Source of the DNA: a virus
Length of the DNA: 32,000 bases
Virus record (IMG/VR): IMGVR_UViG_3300014963_000841
Span: 7,481 to 39,480 of that record
Strand: one strand, 5' to 3'
The number at the start of each line of letters is the position of its first letter. Position 1 is the stretch's first letter. Under the pieces are notes generated by a model that had not been told where the DNA came from, did no database searches, and saw nothing but the letters and a program-made list of their open reading frames with translations. Shown here one piece after another: positions 1 through 9,998 of the stretch. The position numbers were made by a program, and so were the translations under genes.

Positions 1-1607
1 TCGACGGTGTCCAAATAACGTGCTTCTGCGATAGCTTCACTCTTGACGTCGTTTAGATGGCTAAAAGCGTCCTCTGCGGTTGATTTAGCCAAAGCTGCTA
101 ATGTTTCCGCATTAGTAGCTTTGGCTGTGATTTCAGCAACCACTCTGTCGTGGTCTGATTGCTGTTTAGCCATGTCAGCTGCGACTTTCTCAAACTCTTT
201 CTTGATTTTGTCTTGAAGCCCCGTACCGTCCCACGTTCTCAATACCTCTTGCCACATTTCACCAGTCCAGCGATACATGATAGTGTGTCCCTCATGTTCT
301 GGGTCTGGTTTGTACCAAGAATCATTGATTAGGACTTGTCCGGGGTGAGATTCTGTTGGATCAGTGCTTGTGTACCAATTATGGTTAAACCCATTAGCTG
401 ATGGGATAAACTCTGGCAGTTTCTTGACAAACTCAGTAAACTCACCAGCTTTAAACTCATCAATAGCTTTGTTGACGGTACTCTGTACCTTTGCGTCATT
501 GCTTTCGCTAACTCGATCTCCCAGCTTGATGTCGCTAGACTCATTGTTTAAGCGGTTAAATGTGATTTCAAAGATACGTGTATCATAATCAAGATGTCTG
601 TCATGGCGAACAACTCGGATAGTGTCCCCGATTTGAACACCCTTGAGATATACCGTTGACGTTTTAAGTGTCAGCTTGGGTCTGGAAGCCTCAATCAAAG
701 CCTCGTAAGTCTGTTTAATAAGCTCGTTCTTGTCTTCTTCCTCACTAAATTCGACAAAGCCAATCTTTGGGCGCATCTTGCCGTCTGGTTGTTTAATGCC
801 GTATTTAGCGGTCATTTCGGGGATTTCAAGATACTTCTGACCAAGTGGCTTGTCTAGTGGGTCCCCTTTGGCTTTCGACCAGACAATTTCCTCGAAGTTG
901 ATTTTACGACCATAACCATCGGCATCTTTGCCGGTGTCTTCTGCTGAGCTAACTTGTTCCCCCTTACCTCGACCAACTAAGGCGGTGTATAGGTTTGTTT
1001 TTTCAACCTCTTGCAGAATTTCGAGGGCGTTATGACCGTAGACAACACGCTTACCGACTGCTTCACCTATTTTACGCTTGAAATCAATGTATCTAGCGCC
1101 AATCTGACTGCCATTCATTTCAACAAAGAACTGCATTTCTAAGCCCCACACCTTACACACTTTTTTTAGTGCGTCGAATGTGGAAATGTAATAGAAATTA
1201 GTGCTCTTGGGGTTTGTTTCGGCAACGAACCGAGGAGACCAGTTTGTGCCAGTTAAAAGCCATTCGATGACTGGTCTGGCACGTTGGTCTTGTGGTCGTC
1301 TGTCGTAAACAACCGTCTTGCGTAGCTCTTCGATACCGGATTGGACACCGATAAGCGTTGTGATATCCCCTTTGGTATTGCCTTGGGCAATGTAGAAGTA
1401 ATGGAATTTATGAGTATCGTCGATTGACTGAATAGCCATGTATTCCAGTTTTGCCAGCTCGTCATCCTTCAAGGCTTTCATTTCGACGGTCAAGCGGTCT
1501 GAAATGTAGTTTTCAGTGGTTAGGCTGAATTTTTGCAAAGCCTTCTTAATTGCAGGTTTGCGAACAATCTTGATAAGTTTTTCGTCCTTATCGAATAAAT
1601 AGATCAT
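1..1607 (-). CDS. Tail-associated protein / phage minor structural protein N-terminal domain (Tal-like); 5' part only, gene continues past the left edge
   Basis: ATG at 1607 overlaps the Dit stop (ATGA). My translation MIYLFDKDEKLIKIVRKPAIKK... stays open to position 1. The ORF track omits it because there is no stop inside the window. It sits directly after Dit, as in siphophage tail modules. Confidence 0.75.
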   Translation of the reverse strand, partial: MIYLFDKDEKLIKIVRKPAIKKALQKFSLTTENYISDRLTVEMKALKDDELAKLEYMAIQSIDDTHKFHYFYIAQGNTKGDITTLIGVQSGIEELRKTVVYDRRPQDQRARPVIEWLLTGTNWSPRFVAETNPKSTNFYYISTFDALKKVCKVWGLEMQFFVEMNGSQIGARYIDFKRKIGEAVGKRVVYGHNALEILQEVEKTNLYTALVGRGKGEQVSSAEDTGKDADGYGRKINFEEIVWSKAKGDPLDKPLGQKYLEIPEMTAKYGIKQPDGKMRPKIGFVEFSEEEDKNELIKQTYEALIEASRPKLTLKTSTVYLKGVQIGDTIRVVRHDRHLDYDTRIFEITFNRLNNESSDIKLGDRVSESNDAKVQSTVNKAIDEFKAGEFTEFVKKLPEFIPSANGFNHNWYTSTDPTESHPGQVLINDSWYKPDPEHEGHTIMYRWTGEMWQEVLRTWDGTGLQDKIKKEFEKVAADMAKQQSDHDRVVAEITAKATNAETLAALAKSTAEDAFSHLNDVKSEAIAEARYLDTV

Positions 1608-2395
1608 AGACTTTCATCCCTCCACTGAACTTCACGAATAGTCACATTCTTTCCGGTCAATCTATCGCCGTCCTTAACGTAGAACTGCTCAAGCGGGCTA
1701 AAACGTTGCAATTCACTTAGAATATTACGTCCGTCATAAGTAGCTGTCACTTCTTCGGTACCGAATTTAATGACGATTTCCTTATTAGCCGCATAGCTAC
1801 CCTTAAACGATAGCTTGGTTTGACCGTTGATGATTTCAAATTCTGTCGCCGCTGCCGATGTCACGGCTACAATCTTCTCAGGTATCACTTTCTTAGCGTA
1901 AGTTAGATAAACAACGTCGTTAGAACGCTCTGGAACTCGTTTCTTATAGCCGTCTGGCACTAGCAGAACAAAACTGCTAATGACTGACAGCCTATCTTCC
2001 TCTACTTCGTCCGCTTCTTTAAAAATGGCGTAGTAAGTAAAATCCGGCTCATCGTCAAAAGTTACTTCGAGATAGCCGCTAGGGCCTACCTCTCTCAAGA
2101 TGCGGTTAAGTTCTCGGAAAGATGTTCTCATGACTTGGCTAGTGACCGTAGTTAACTGGTATTTAACCTCAATCTCACGCTCTGAGTCATTGACGCTGTC
2201 CACCCAGACACCACGGCGCCCGGGAACTCTAGTAGTTGAAATCTCACGGTTAAGCAACGAGCGGCCCTTAACTGTAAGCTGTCGATATCCTTGGATGGTA
2301 TCCTCTATAGGCGTCCCGTTGATACGCATGTTATCAACTGGCGCTCTTTGCAGCACCGTTGATTCCGTGCGCTTCAATGAAGCATAATCATACAT
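1604..2395 (-). CDS. Distal tail protein (Dit-like, phage tail family protein)
   Basis: 263-aa ORF immediately downstream of the tape measure gene and upstream of Tal. AAGAGG lies before the ATG. Confidence 0.7.
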   Translation of the reverse strand: MYDYASLKRTESTVLQRAPVDNMRINGTPIEDTIQGYRQLTVKGRSLLNREISTTRVPGRRGVWVDSVNDSEREIEVKYQLTTVTSQVMRTSFRELNRILREVGPSGYLEVTFDDEPDFTYYAIFKEADEVEEDRLSVISSFVLLVPDGYKKRVPERSNDVVYLTYAKKVIPEKIVAVTSAAATEFEIINGQTKLSFKGSYAANKEIVIKFGTEEVTATYDGRNILSELQRFSPLEQFYVKDGDRLTGKNVTIREVQWRDESL

Positions 2396-2417
2396 TAGCT
2401 AAAACCTCTTTTCTCTC

Positions 2418-5400
2418 TTAATAGTTATCAAGCATTAATTCCATTGATTGAGCGTTAGTGATGTCCTCAGTAAATGCTCTGTAAGTTGTATCACCCATTT
2501 TAAGCACGATGTCCGCTGCTTGTTGAGTAACCGACATCTTACCGCCGTTAAATGAAACAGATGGATCATACCCTGCTAATCGACCTAACTGGCCGTCCAT
2601 ATTACCAAGCTCATCAGTGATAGCCCCGTTGATATCTTGACCAGTGAATGCGTCGATAGCTCCTTGGGCCATATAGCGCATTGAACGGGCTACTTGGTCC
2701 GCTTTGCTATCAATACCAATGATGAAACCTTTGTCCGTATAGATACCGAACTGACGGAATACACGGGATGGTGATTTGATACCAAGCAAGGCTTTAGCTC
2801 CATTAATCGCATTACTTACCGCACCTTTAACCGCTGAAATCAGCTTGCCGGCTGCGGATGTAACCCCGCTAACGAAACCGCTAATAAGGTTAGCACCGAC
2901 GCTTGCAGCTTGCCCGACGAATCCACGGGCTGCACTAAGAGCACCGCTGAACGCTGAGCGGACCGCTGAAATGATACGCTGACCGGCACTTGATACCGCT
3001 GATACCACGGCACTAAATCCGCTAGTGATAGCTGACTGAATAGAGCTCATGGCACTTGATACTGCTGATCTAACAGTGCTCCAAGCTGAGCTGATAATGC
3101 TCTGAACAGAGTTCATGGCACTTGAAATGATTGACTGGATAGCTGACCATGTACTTGATACAGTGCTAGCAATCGCACTCAATACGCTTCTGATAAGCGA
3201 CAAGATAGCGTTCCAAATCGCACTGATAGTGGCTTGAATAGCTGACATAATTGACGAAATAGCCGCCTGAACCTGCGAGAAGTTACCAGTAACCAATCCG
3301 ACAATAGCAGCTAATACACCAGCTAAAACAGCTTGGATACCCGTCCAGATAGCGTTCCAAATCGCTTGGATAGCTGACAAGGTGCTTGAAATAATGCTTG
3401 AGATACCGGTCATGATAGGTGACAGAATAGACATGATTGTGTTCCAAACGGTTGAGAACACTGTCTGGATAACTGTCCATGCTGCTGACCAAATGGATTG
3501 AATCACGGCAATCCCGGCACTAATCACACCGCTAATGGCAGTCATAGCTCCGCCAGCGATTTGTTGAAGTAATGCCCAAAGTGCTTGGAATGGAACAGCT
3601 AACAACGCCCACGCTGCATCCCAAATCGCACGGATGAAATCTATCCCCGCTTGGATAATCGGACCAATAGCATTGATACCGGTTGAAACAAGCGACTTGA
3701 TACCTTCCCACACAGTAGACAAGATGGTTTTGAACGTTTCCCACGCTCCAGACCAGTCGCCTTGTAAAATCTGCATGCCCATCTTGATGATGTTGAGAAT
3801 AACTTCAATGACTGTTGAAATGACCGTTGTGATCATTTGCCAGCTCGTTGAGAACAGCGTAATCAACAAATTCAATCCAGTTTGAACGACTGGAAGAATA
3901 GCGTTCATGACATTCTCAATCATGCTCTTGAACATGTTCCAGTAAGTCGTCGCCGTCTGCATAATCAAGGCGTGGTTTTCGTTCCAGAATGACGTTAACT
4001 GGCCCCAGATTGACATGACAAACGACACAATGGCTTGAACAGCGCTAGTGATTGCACTCTTGATAGTTTCCCAGATTGCAATGACTTGTGAACGGAAATT
4101 CTCGTTATGATTCCACAAATCAACAAGCGCAGCTACTACCATCCCAACCGCTAACGCAATCCCAGCGAACGCAGCAAGGGCAGCAGCAGAAACACCACTG
4201 GCAGCACTACCAAATGAAACCATCATGGCTTCGCCACCTTCAAAAGCCATTGAAAAGCCTTCTGCTGCTGCGGTACCACTTGAGAAGAACCCAGCAAGCG
4301 AGCTGATAGCACCACCAATTGTGCTTAGTGCAGAAACGACATTCCCAACCCAAATGATTAAGGTCCCAAGCACTGTGATAATAGGCCCCGCTGCTCCAAC
4401 GATAAGCGCTGCCCATTTAACCCAGCCGTCCACTGGCAGATTGTCCCAGATAGTCCCTAGAACACGAACCACATTGTCTTTAAACGTGATGATAGTCTGC
4501 TTCATGTTTTCCATAAGCTGCTTGATATTAGCTTCGTTGTTACCAAGGCCGGCCACTAAGTTCTCAGCGGCTGCTTTCATGGAATTAAACGAACCCGAAA
4601 CGGTTGTACTTGCTTCTTTAGCAGTCGTTCCGGTAACTCCCAATCTATCTTGAGTAATACCGATGGCATCAATCAAGGTATGAAATGGAATATCACGGAT
4701 ATTGTCAGCCGTAGCTTCAAATTCACCATTCAAGACACCAGATTCATTGACCAAACGAGCCATTTCGGACATGGTACCACCATAACCAAGTTTCAGATTG
4801 TCCAGCATTGAATAGTTGTCCTTGGCAAAACCTTGATAAGCGTTTTGAATGTCCGTCATGTTAGTACCGAACTTGTTCGCATTATCTGACATTTGGACAA
4901 GGGCTTTATCCCCGTATTTCGCAGCCTTGGCAGTATCACCGCCTAGCCCTTGTAACAAGGTAGCTGAGAACGACGTCACCTGCTCCATATAGCGGTTAGC
5001 AGACACACCAGCTGTCCTATAGGCTCGGTTGGCATTCTCAATGACGTTGGTGCCCTCACGGTCCATTGTGTTATAGAGCTCTTGGGCTTGCTGTCTGGTC
5101 ATGCCGTAGTCTCTGGCAAGGGCATTGACACTTGAACCATTCTGTTTGAATAGCGTAGAAACACCACCCAAAGATTGCTCAAGGTCTGCATAGCCTTTGA
5201 TGACGGCAGTTAACCCACCGACCATCGGCAATGTGAAAGCCGTGGTCATTCCAGCGCCGACTGATTGCATGGCGCTACCAACTGACTTTAAACTGCTACC
5301 AACTTGAGCAAGCATGCCCCCAGACTGATTTTTTAAATCAGCAAGGGCAGACTTAGCAGCATTGACACCGTTGGTGAAGTCGCTTGAATTGGCACGAAGT

Positions 5401-5429
5401 ATGGCGGTGACGTCAAAAGATGCTCCCAT
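2418..5429 (-). CDS. Tail tape measure protein
   Basis: 1003-aa ORF after the two chaperone ORFs. It has a central hydrophobic segment and a long low-complexity Ser/Ala/Ile region with regularly spaced Trp (SIWSAAW, AIWNAIW, STWSAIQ). Confidence 0.9.
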   Translation of the reverse strand: MGASFDVTAILRANSSDFTNGVNAAKSALADLKNQSGGMLAQVGSSLKSVGSAMQSVGAGMTTAFTLPMVGGLTAVIKGYADLEQSLGGVSTLFKQNGSSVNALARDYGMTRQQAQELYNTMDREGTNVIENANRAYRTAGVSANRYMEQVTSFSATLLQGLGGDTAKAAKYGDKALVQMSDNANKFGTNMTDIQNAYQGFAKDNYSMLDNLKLGYGGTMSEMARLVNESGVLNGEFEATADNIRDIPFHTLIDAIGITQDRLGVTGTTAKEASTTVSGSFNSMKAAAENLVAGLGNNEANIKQLMENMKQTIITFKDNVVRVLGTIWDNLPVDGWVKWAALIVGAAGPIITVLGTLIIWVGNVVSALSTIGGAISSLAGFFSSGTAAAEGFSMAFEGGEAMMVSFGSAASGVSAAALAAFAGIALAVGMVVAALVDLWNHNENFRSQVIAIWETIKSAITSAVQAIVSFVMSIWGQLTSFWNENHALIMQTATTYWNMFKSMIENVMNAILPVVQTGLNLLITLFSTSWQMITTVISTVIEVILNIIKMGMQILQGDWSGAWETFKTILSTVWEGIKSLVSTGINAIGPIIQAGIDFIRAIWDAAWALLAVPFQALWALLQQIAGGAMTAISGVISAGIAVIQSIWSAAWTVIQTVFSTVWNTIMSILSPIMTGISSIISSTLSAIQAIWNAIWTGIQAVLAGVLAAIVGLVTGNFSQVQAAISSIMSAIQATISAIWNAILSLIRSVLSAIASTVSSTWSAIQSIISSAMNSVQSIISSAWSTVRSAVSSAMSSIQSAITSGFSAVVSAVSSAGQRIISAVRSAFSGALSAARGFVGQAASVGANLISGFVSGVTSAAGKLISAVKGAVSNAINGAKALLGIKSPSRVFRQFGIYTDKGFIIGIDSKADQVARSMRYMAQGAIDAFTGQDINGAITDELGNMDGQLGRLAGYDPSVSFNGGKMSVTQQAADIVLKMGDTTYRAFTEDITNAQSMELMLDNY

Positions 5430-5764
5430 TAACTACCCCCTTTCGTTTTTTGATTGATGATCCTATTCTTATCAGCTAACGAAAGCGCTCGACTTCTAGG
5501 CACAGTGTCCTCTGGTTTAAATATCTTACTGAATTCTTTTTCATGATCATAAAACTCATTAAAGGTTCGGTAAGCTGAACGAACACTTTTGCCCTTGCCT
5601 TTGGTAGCTTGCACGGTCTGGTTATACCATGCTTGAATAGCTGCGTTAAAGCGGATGTCCTCTTGTTTAATAGCGTAGGCGGTATTATATACCTCAAATT
5701 CAACAAGCGTTGTCCTAGCAGCTTCGACATAGCTCATGCCGTGCCTTGCAATCAAGAGGGCCAT
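5429..5764 (-). CDS. Tail assembly chaperone, frameshift-extension part (gpT-like)
   Basis: The ORF is in the -1 frame relative to 5806..6147. That frame stays open upstream across the gpG-like stop codon. It lies between the major tail protein and the tape measure gene. Confidence 0.55.
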   Translation of the reverse strand: MALLIARHGMSYVEAARTTLVEFEVYNTAYAIKQEDIRFNAAIQAWYNQTVQATKGKGKSVRSAYRTFNEFYDHEKEFSKIFKPEDTVPRSRALSLADKNRIINQKTKGGS

Positions 5765-5805
5765 TGCGTCGTCATAGCTGAAATCATAATCTGGTTGACT
5801 TTGCC

Positions 5806-6147
5806 CTACTCTTGAACGTTCATTGCGAGTTTGAGTAGGGATGACGCTTTTAACTCGTCAATAATAGAGCCGATTGTCTCTTTGTATTTACCTTTGTCAA
5901 TCAAATCAGCAAGATAGGCTTCGATGTCAGCGTCACTTGGCTTTTGTGGCGATGTAATCGTACCAGCTTTGATGATGTCCACGAATGCAAGAGGGTCGTT
6001 GATAGCGACACCGGCTGAAATCAATGTCATAGCACCGTAACCAGTCTTCATGCCCTCAAGTTCTGCTGAGTGCAATTTGTTGATTTCACGCAAGAACGCA
6101 AGTCCGAATTTCAATTCAAAGTCTCGTCCGTTGATAGATAGAATCAT
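5806..6147 (-). CDS. Tail assembly chaperone (gpG-like)
   Basis: 113-aa acidic ORF directly after the major tail protein and its terminator. This is the conserved position. Confidence 0.65.
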   Translation of the reverse strand: MILSINGRDFELKFGLAFLREINKLHSAELEGMKTGYGAMTLISAGVAINDPLAFVDIIKAGTITSPQKPSDADIEAYLADLIDKGKYKETIGSIIDELKASSLLKLAMNVQE

Positions 6148-6167
6148 GTTTTATTTCTCCTTTATAC

Positions 6168-6196
6168 AAAAAAAAGCAAGGGCACAAAGCCCCTGC
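6168..6196 (-). terminator. Rho-independent terminator after the major tail protein gene
   Basis: Minus strand reads GCAGGGGC-uuugu-GCCCUUGC followed by U8. The single non-Watson-Crick pair is G:U on the minus strand only. Confidence 0.8.
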
Positions 6197-6203
6197 AATT
6201 AGA

Positions 6204-6746
6204 CTAGATAGATGCCGTTAGGCCGTCTTCTTTAGCAAGGGTGTGATAGTCGTACTGAGCGCTTGCAACTGCTTTCTTCTGAGCTTCTGTCAAGCTGTCA
6301 GTTGAAATAATACCGTTGCCGTCAATAGCCATTTCGTAAGAAAGCTCCACTTTGTCGTCAGCGGGTGCTGAAATTTCAAAGTTCTTAAGATAGCCTTGGT
6401 AATATTCAACATCAAAGACTTCTTTAGATCCAGACATGCGTTTAGAAGCAAGGTCAGCTTGCCAGCACTCTACTTTGTCACCTGCGATGAACCATTTACG
6501 CATTTCACGCCACATTTCCGTAGTAGTGCCATCTTCACGATATGCAAGTGATACGAATTCCCCAGACACTTCACCGTCTGAAATTGAGTTAACCACACCG
6601 TCTTTAGTTTTGGTAGTTTCGACCTCTTTCTCAGCGTTGATAGTGTGTTCTGTTTGGAAACGTACTTTAGCAGCATCTTGTGTCTTTTGGTCTTTGACAC
6701 GACGGAAGAAGACCATTAGGTCTTTACCCAAAATAAGTTCTGCCAT
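6204..6746 (-). CDS. Major tail protein
   Basis: 180-aa ORF preceding the chaperone pair and followed by a strong terminator. This position is typical of siphophage major tail proteins. Confidence 0.7.
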   Translation of the reverse strand: MAELILGKDLMVFFRRVKDQKTQDAAKVRFQTEHTINAEKEVETTKTKDGVVNSISDGEVSGEFVSLAYREDGTTTEMWREMRKWFIAGDKVECWQADLASKRMSGSKEVFDVEYYQGYLKNFEISAPADDKVELSYEMAIDGNGIISTDSLTEAQKKAVASAQYDYHTLAKEDGLTASI

Positions 6747-7127
6747 TTATTCCTCCTTTTTGGTATATGAAAATGAAAAATCCAGCACAATGTGGATCAA
6801 TGGCTGGACGTCTGTATTATCCGGTAAGACTTGCTTGTCTGTACCAGTTTTCAATAAGTTGTATTCAAACCCTTTAATTCGTTCGCTGGCTTGTTCTAAC
6901 GCTTGACAGTGGGCATCTAGCTCTGCACGTTGCACTCTAAGTCCGTAGATATGGACGGTTTGTCTTATCGTTCCAAAATTGTCGTTATTGAGCGTAGGTG
7001 CTGAGCTATTCTCGCCAATGAAAGCGAAAGGATAGCTTGCGGATGAATCGGGTAAATAGTCGTAAGTTGCTAGCGTCTCACTAGCAATAGCAAATAGATT
7101 TCTGAATAAGTCGTGGCTAGGTGTCAT
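6747..7127 (-). CDS. Head-tail joining / tail-completion-type structural protein (family not recognised)
   Basis: 126-aa ORF tightly packed between the gp10-like ORF and the major tail protein. Confidence 0.45.
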   Translation of the reverse strand: MTPSHDLFRNLFAIASETLATYDYLPDSSASYPFAFIGENSSAPTLNNDNFGTIRQTVHIYGLRVQRAELDAHCQALEQASERIKGFEYNLLKTGTDKQVLPDNTDVQPLIHIVLDFSFSYTKKEE

Positions 7128-7477
7128 TTAAAGGCTCCTTCCATAACTTTACGGATTTGGTCTGTGAAATAAGGCTCGATTTCTGTCATCATGGGGCGCA
7201 TGAATGGTGTCCCCGGCTGATAACGTGTGCCGTACTCTTGATACCCGCTATATGAGGCGGCAGCGTGAATATGATATTCCTCGACTTTTGGAAGACCGGT
7301 GATTTCACTCTTCAAAAAGCCGGTATCTACTGGGGCTTTACTCTGAGCAATGTTAGTACCCTTCTCCCCGGCATTTTTTAGGACATTGTTAGCTTGGGTT
7401 TTTATTTTTTGGCTTGCATTTCCTAATGCGGCAGCAAGCTCCAAATCCCCACGCCATTCAATTGAAAAGTTAGCCAT
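7124..7477 (-). CDS. HK97 gp10-like head-tail joining protein
   Basis: 117-aa ORF containing KAPVDTGFLKSEI and YSGYQEYGT. It has 4-nt overlaps with both neighbours. Confidence 0.6.
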   Translation of the reverse strand: MANFSIEWRGDLELAAALGNASQKIKTQANNVLKNAGEKGTNIAQSKAPVDTGFLKSEITGLPKVEEYHIHAAASYSGYQEYGTRYQPGTPFMRPMMTEIEPYFTDQIRKVMEGAFK

Positions 7478-7778
7478 TTAGCTCACCTCTTTTCAATCTG
7501 ATTGCGCCCTTAATCGGTGCGTCAATGCGTTCGATAGGGTAATATTTCTTGCCCTCGTATAGAGCGTAGTCGAATGGCTTCTGCTCTTGACTAAATCGGC
7601 ATATCATGACCACGTCTGACCTACTCCCATAGGCTTCAAAGACACGTTGTTGATCAATGAAGTTAACCAAACAAGGCACAATCTTACTAGACTGTGCCTT
7701 TTCTTCGTGTTTATCAGTTATCGGGTTGTAAGTCGAAACGCCTTGATTCACTAACTTGATGCGGTGCGGTGTTTTCAT
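7470..7778 (-). CDS. Head closure / head-tail adaptor protein
   Basis: 102-aa ORF in the connector gene block. Overlapping starts and stops indicate translational coupling. Confidence 0.55.
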   Translation of the reverse strand: MKTPHRIKLVNQGVSTYNPITDKHEEKAQSSKIVPCLVNFIDQQRVFEAYGSRSDVVMICRFSQEQKPFDYALYEGKKYYPIERIDAPIKGAIRLKRGELNG

Positions 7779-8122
7779 AGGAACTTCACCTTACCTTTTC
7801 GAGCCAGCGAACCGTCCAGACCGAAATCTTTATCCAAAATCTTTCTGTAAGGTTTGAACATATCGTCCCAATCCTCGTAAGTGACTGAATAGCCGTCTAC
7901 ATTTTCGGTTTTGACACCCTCTGACCCCTTACGACCATAGAGTTTGTAAACAACATTTTCGATGATGAAATGATACTTCTTGTCAATCTCGGTTGTTCCG
8001 ACTAGTGCTTTGAAATAACTCTCAGCGTCGCTGACTAAGTCTTCAATCAATTTATCCTCAAGATCGTCTTTAACGTCGATACCCAACCGACGCTTAATCT
8101 TCTCAAGTTGGATATCGTTCAT
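7775..8122 (-). CDS. Head-tail connector (gp6-like) protein
   Basis: ATG at 8122 is preceded by GGAGGAGG plus 6 nt. The track start at 8140 lacks an SD. The ORF lies downstream of the capsid gene. Confidence 0.55.
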   Translation of the reverse strand: MNDIQLEKIKRRLGIDVKDDLEDKLIEDLVSDAESYFKALVGTTEIDKKYHFIIENVVYKLYGRKGSEGVKTENVDGYSVTYEDWDDMFKPYRKILDKDFGLDGSLARKGKVKFL

Positions 8123-8123
8123 T

Positions 8124-8396
8124 TTAGACCTCCTCCGCAACCTTTAGAAGTTCTTCTAAATCTGCTTTTTTCGCTTTGGCATCATACTCGATACCAGCTT
8201 CATCAAGTTTTGCTTTGAGCTCTTTGACTGTAAGCTCTTTTGACGGCTCGACTGGTTCGATACCGCCTTTTTCAAGAACCTCTGCCACACGCTCTTTAGT
8301 AGGCTCATAGCCTTCTCGTGGGTAAGTTTCCCCGACTTGGTAGATATATTCGTTATCTTGCAAATCACGGAATGTAATCTTAGCTTTATAGGCCAT
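8124..8396 (-). CDS. Small head-module protein with a C-terminal HeH/SAP-like (Rho-N-like) motif
   Basis: The segment LTVKELKAKLDEAGIEYDAKAKKADLEELL resembles a helix-extended-helix motif. The ORF lies right after the major capsid gene. Confidence 0.5.
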   Translation of the reverse strand: MAYKAKITFRDLQDNEYIYQVGETYPREGYEPTKERVAEVLEKGGIEPVEPSKELTVKELKAKLDEAGIEYDAKAKKADLEELLKVAEEV

Positions 8397-8409
8397 TTGA
8401 ACCTCCTGA

Positions 8410-9342
8410 CTAGACTCCTACTGGTTGGATGGCTGCAAATGCTTCGTCGTTTGGAATAGCTACGGCAATTTCAAAGATTGCACGGAGCGCTTGCATGTCT
8501 TGTTCAAACAAATGAACATCACCAGAATCAAGTGTGCCATCGTTTTGAACTTTAGACAAAGTAGCTTGATCTGCGATTTTAAGGCGCAAGTTAGTACCGT
8601 TCGGGATCCCGTAAACCAAACCGTTGAAGTTACCAGTAATCAATGTACCTGCTGGGTAAGTTTGGCCGTCTTGCAATTGAAGTTGAGAATATGGAAGACC
8701 GTCAAGCTCACCGATTGCGTTAGGGTTGGCTGGTTTAGTGAAGATGTGTTGACCACCGTTCACATTGTCAACGATTCCACGGAGTGTGCGGTTGATTGTG
8801 CGGTGTCCTACGAATGCGTTAGGTTCTTTTTCTGATTTGTCTTCAACATCATAGATGTTATTGAGGTTGATGTCCCCAGATACGATGTTTTGAGCACGTT
8901 TAGCAGACGCCAAAACGTTAGCACCGAATGGATTGTTATACAAACCAAGGAACGCCGCCCCGTCGATTTTCTTGTTGAACAAGTCAACAATCTTGTCCTT
9001 GATTGATTCGAAGAAGTCAGTCCAAGTGTAGTTGAGGACTTCTTCTGTAACTGGCAAGATAACTGCCAATTTACGAGATTCAAGAACGTAAGATTTGGTT
9101 TGTACTTTTGCAGTACCGATTTTTTGACCTTCACCTACGAAGTAAGCGTCTGTCAATTGTCCAACTTCAACGCCCTTGCGGACCATTTTGCCTTCCATTT
9201 CAACTTTTTGACCAAGCTGAATGACTTTTGAAGTTTTTACAAGTTCGTCAGTGAAAAGATCAGTGATGTATTCTGATGTAATCTCTTTACCAAGAGAGTC
9301 AGACAATAGGACTGTGTCCGGATTGAATTTTTGTTGAGCCAT
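8410..9342 (-). CDS. Major capsid protein
   Basis: 310-aa ORF immediately after the scaffold gene. Size and position are typical of a major capsid protein. Confidence 0.8.
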   Translation of the reverse strand: MAQQKFNPDTVLLSDSLGKEITSEYITDLFTDELVKTSKVIQLGQKVEMEGKMVRKGVEVGQLTDAYFVGEGQKIGTAKVQTKSYVLESRKLAVILPVTEEVLNYTWTDFFESIKDKIVDLFNKKIDGAAFLGLYNNPFGANVLASAKRAQNIVSGDINLNNIYDVEDKSEKEPNAFVGHRTINRTLRGIVDNVNGGQHIFTKPANPNAIGELDGLPYSQLQLQDGQTYPAGTLITGNFNGLVYGIPNGTNLRLKIADQATLSKVQNDGTLDSGDVHLFEQDMQALRAIFEIAVAIPNDEAFAAIQPVGV

Positions 9343-9360
9343 GCGCTCTCCTTTCTTTGA

Positions 9361-9912
9361 TTAGAAATTAGTGATTTTGGCTTTATCAAACTTGTCTTTT
9401 CCACGATGTGAGTGCCCTTCCGCTCCACCGCTTGTGCGAGGTGGTAGAGTTTTGGCTTCTTCTCGTTTCTGCAAGTTTAAGATGTTAGCCATGTTTGAAA
9501 CAGCTAGCTTAGTAGCTTCTTCATCGCCTTTAACAACGAAGGCAAGCGTTGACTCGTTGACGGGCACGCCTTGAGCTTCGAGCTCTTTAATAGCGATATC
9601 CTGCATTTGACGTTGAGCGATTTGGGCTTGAAGTGCTGCAATTGTGCTCTGGGCTTCTTCGAATTCTTTATCCCGCTGTTTCTGTTGCAGCTCTTGAAGT
9701 TCTTCTTCACTCATTTTAGCTTTAGCAACGGCTTCCTCGATTTGAGATTGAATACCGGTTTGCATATCAGCAATTTCAAGAGTATGTTTCTCTTCCATCT
9801 GTTTGAGTCTACGCTGCATTTCAGCAACTGACACCATCTTCTCCTCTTTTTCTGGTTGGCTAGCTTCAACCTCTTGAGGATCCTCAACTGTTTCAAGTTC
9901 TTTTTCTGCCAT
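9361..9912 (-). CDS. Capsid scaffolding protein
   Basis: 183-aa highly charged E/K/Q-rich ORF with coiled-coil character, located between the head morphogenesis and capsid genes. Confidence 0.75.
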   Translation of the reverse strand: MAEKELETVEDPQEVEASQPEKEEKMVSVAEMQRRLKQMEEKHTLEIADMQTGIQSQIEEAVAKAKMSEEELQELQQKQRDKEFEEAQSTIAALQAQIAQRQMQDIAIKELEAQGVPVNESTLAFVVKGDEEATKLAVSNMANILNLQKREEAKTLPPRTSGGAEGHSHRGKDKFDKAKITNF

Positions 9913-9998
9913 GATAGGCTCCTTTCTTTACGCTTTTACGAGCAACCCCCTCGAACTCATGCAGCTTTTAACGTCCTCAGCACGGTCTGGACAAAGGG

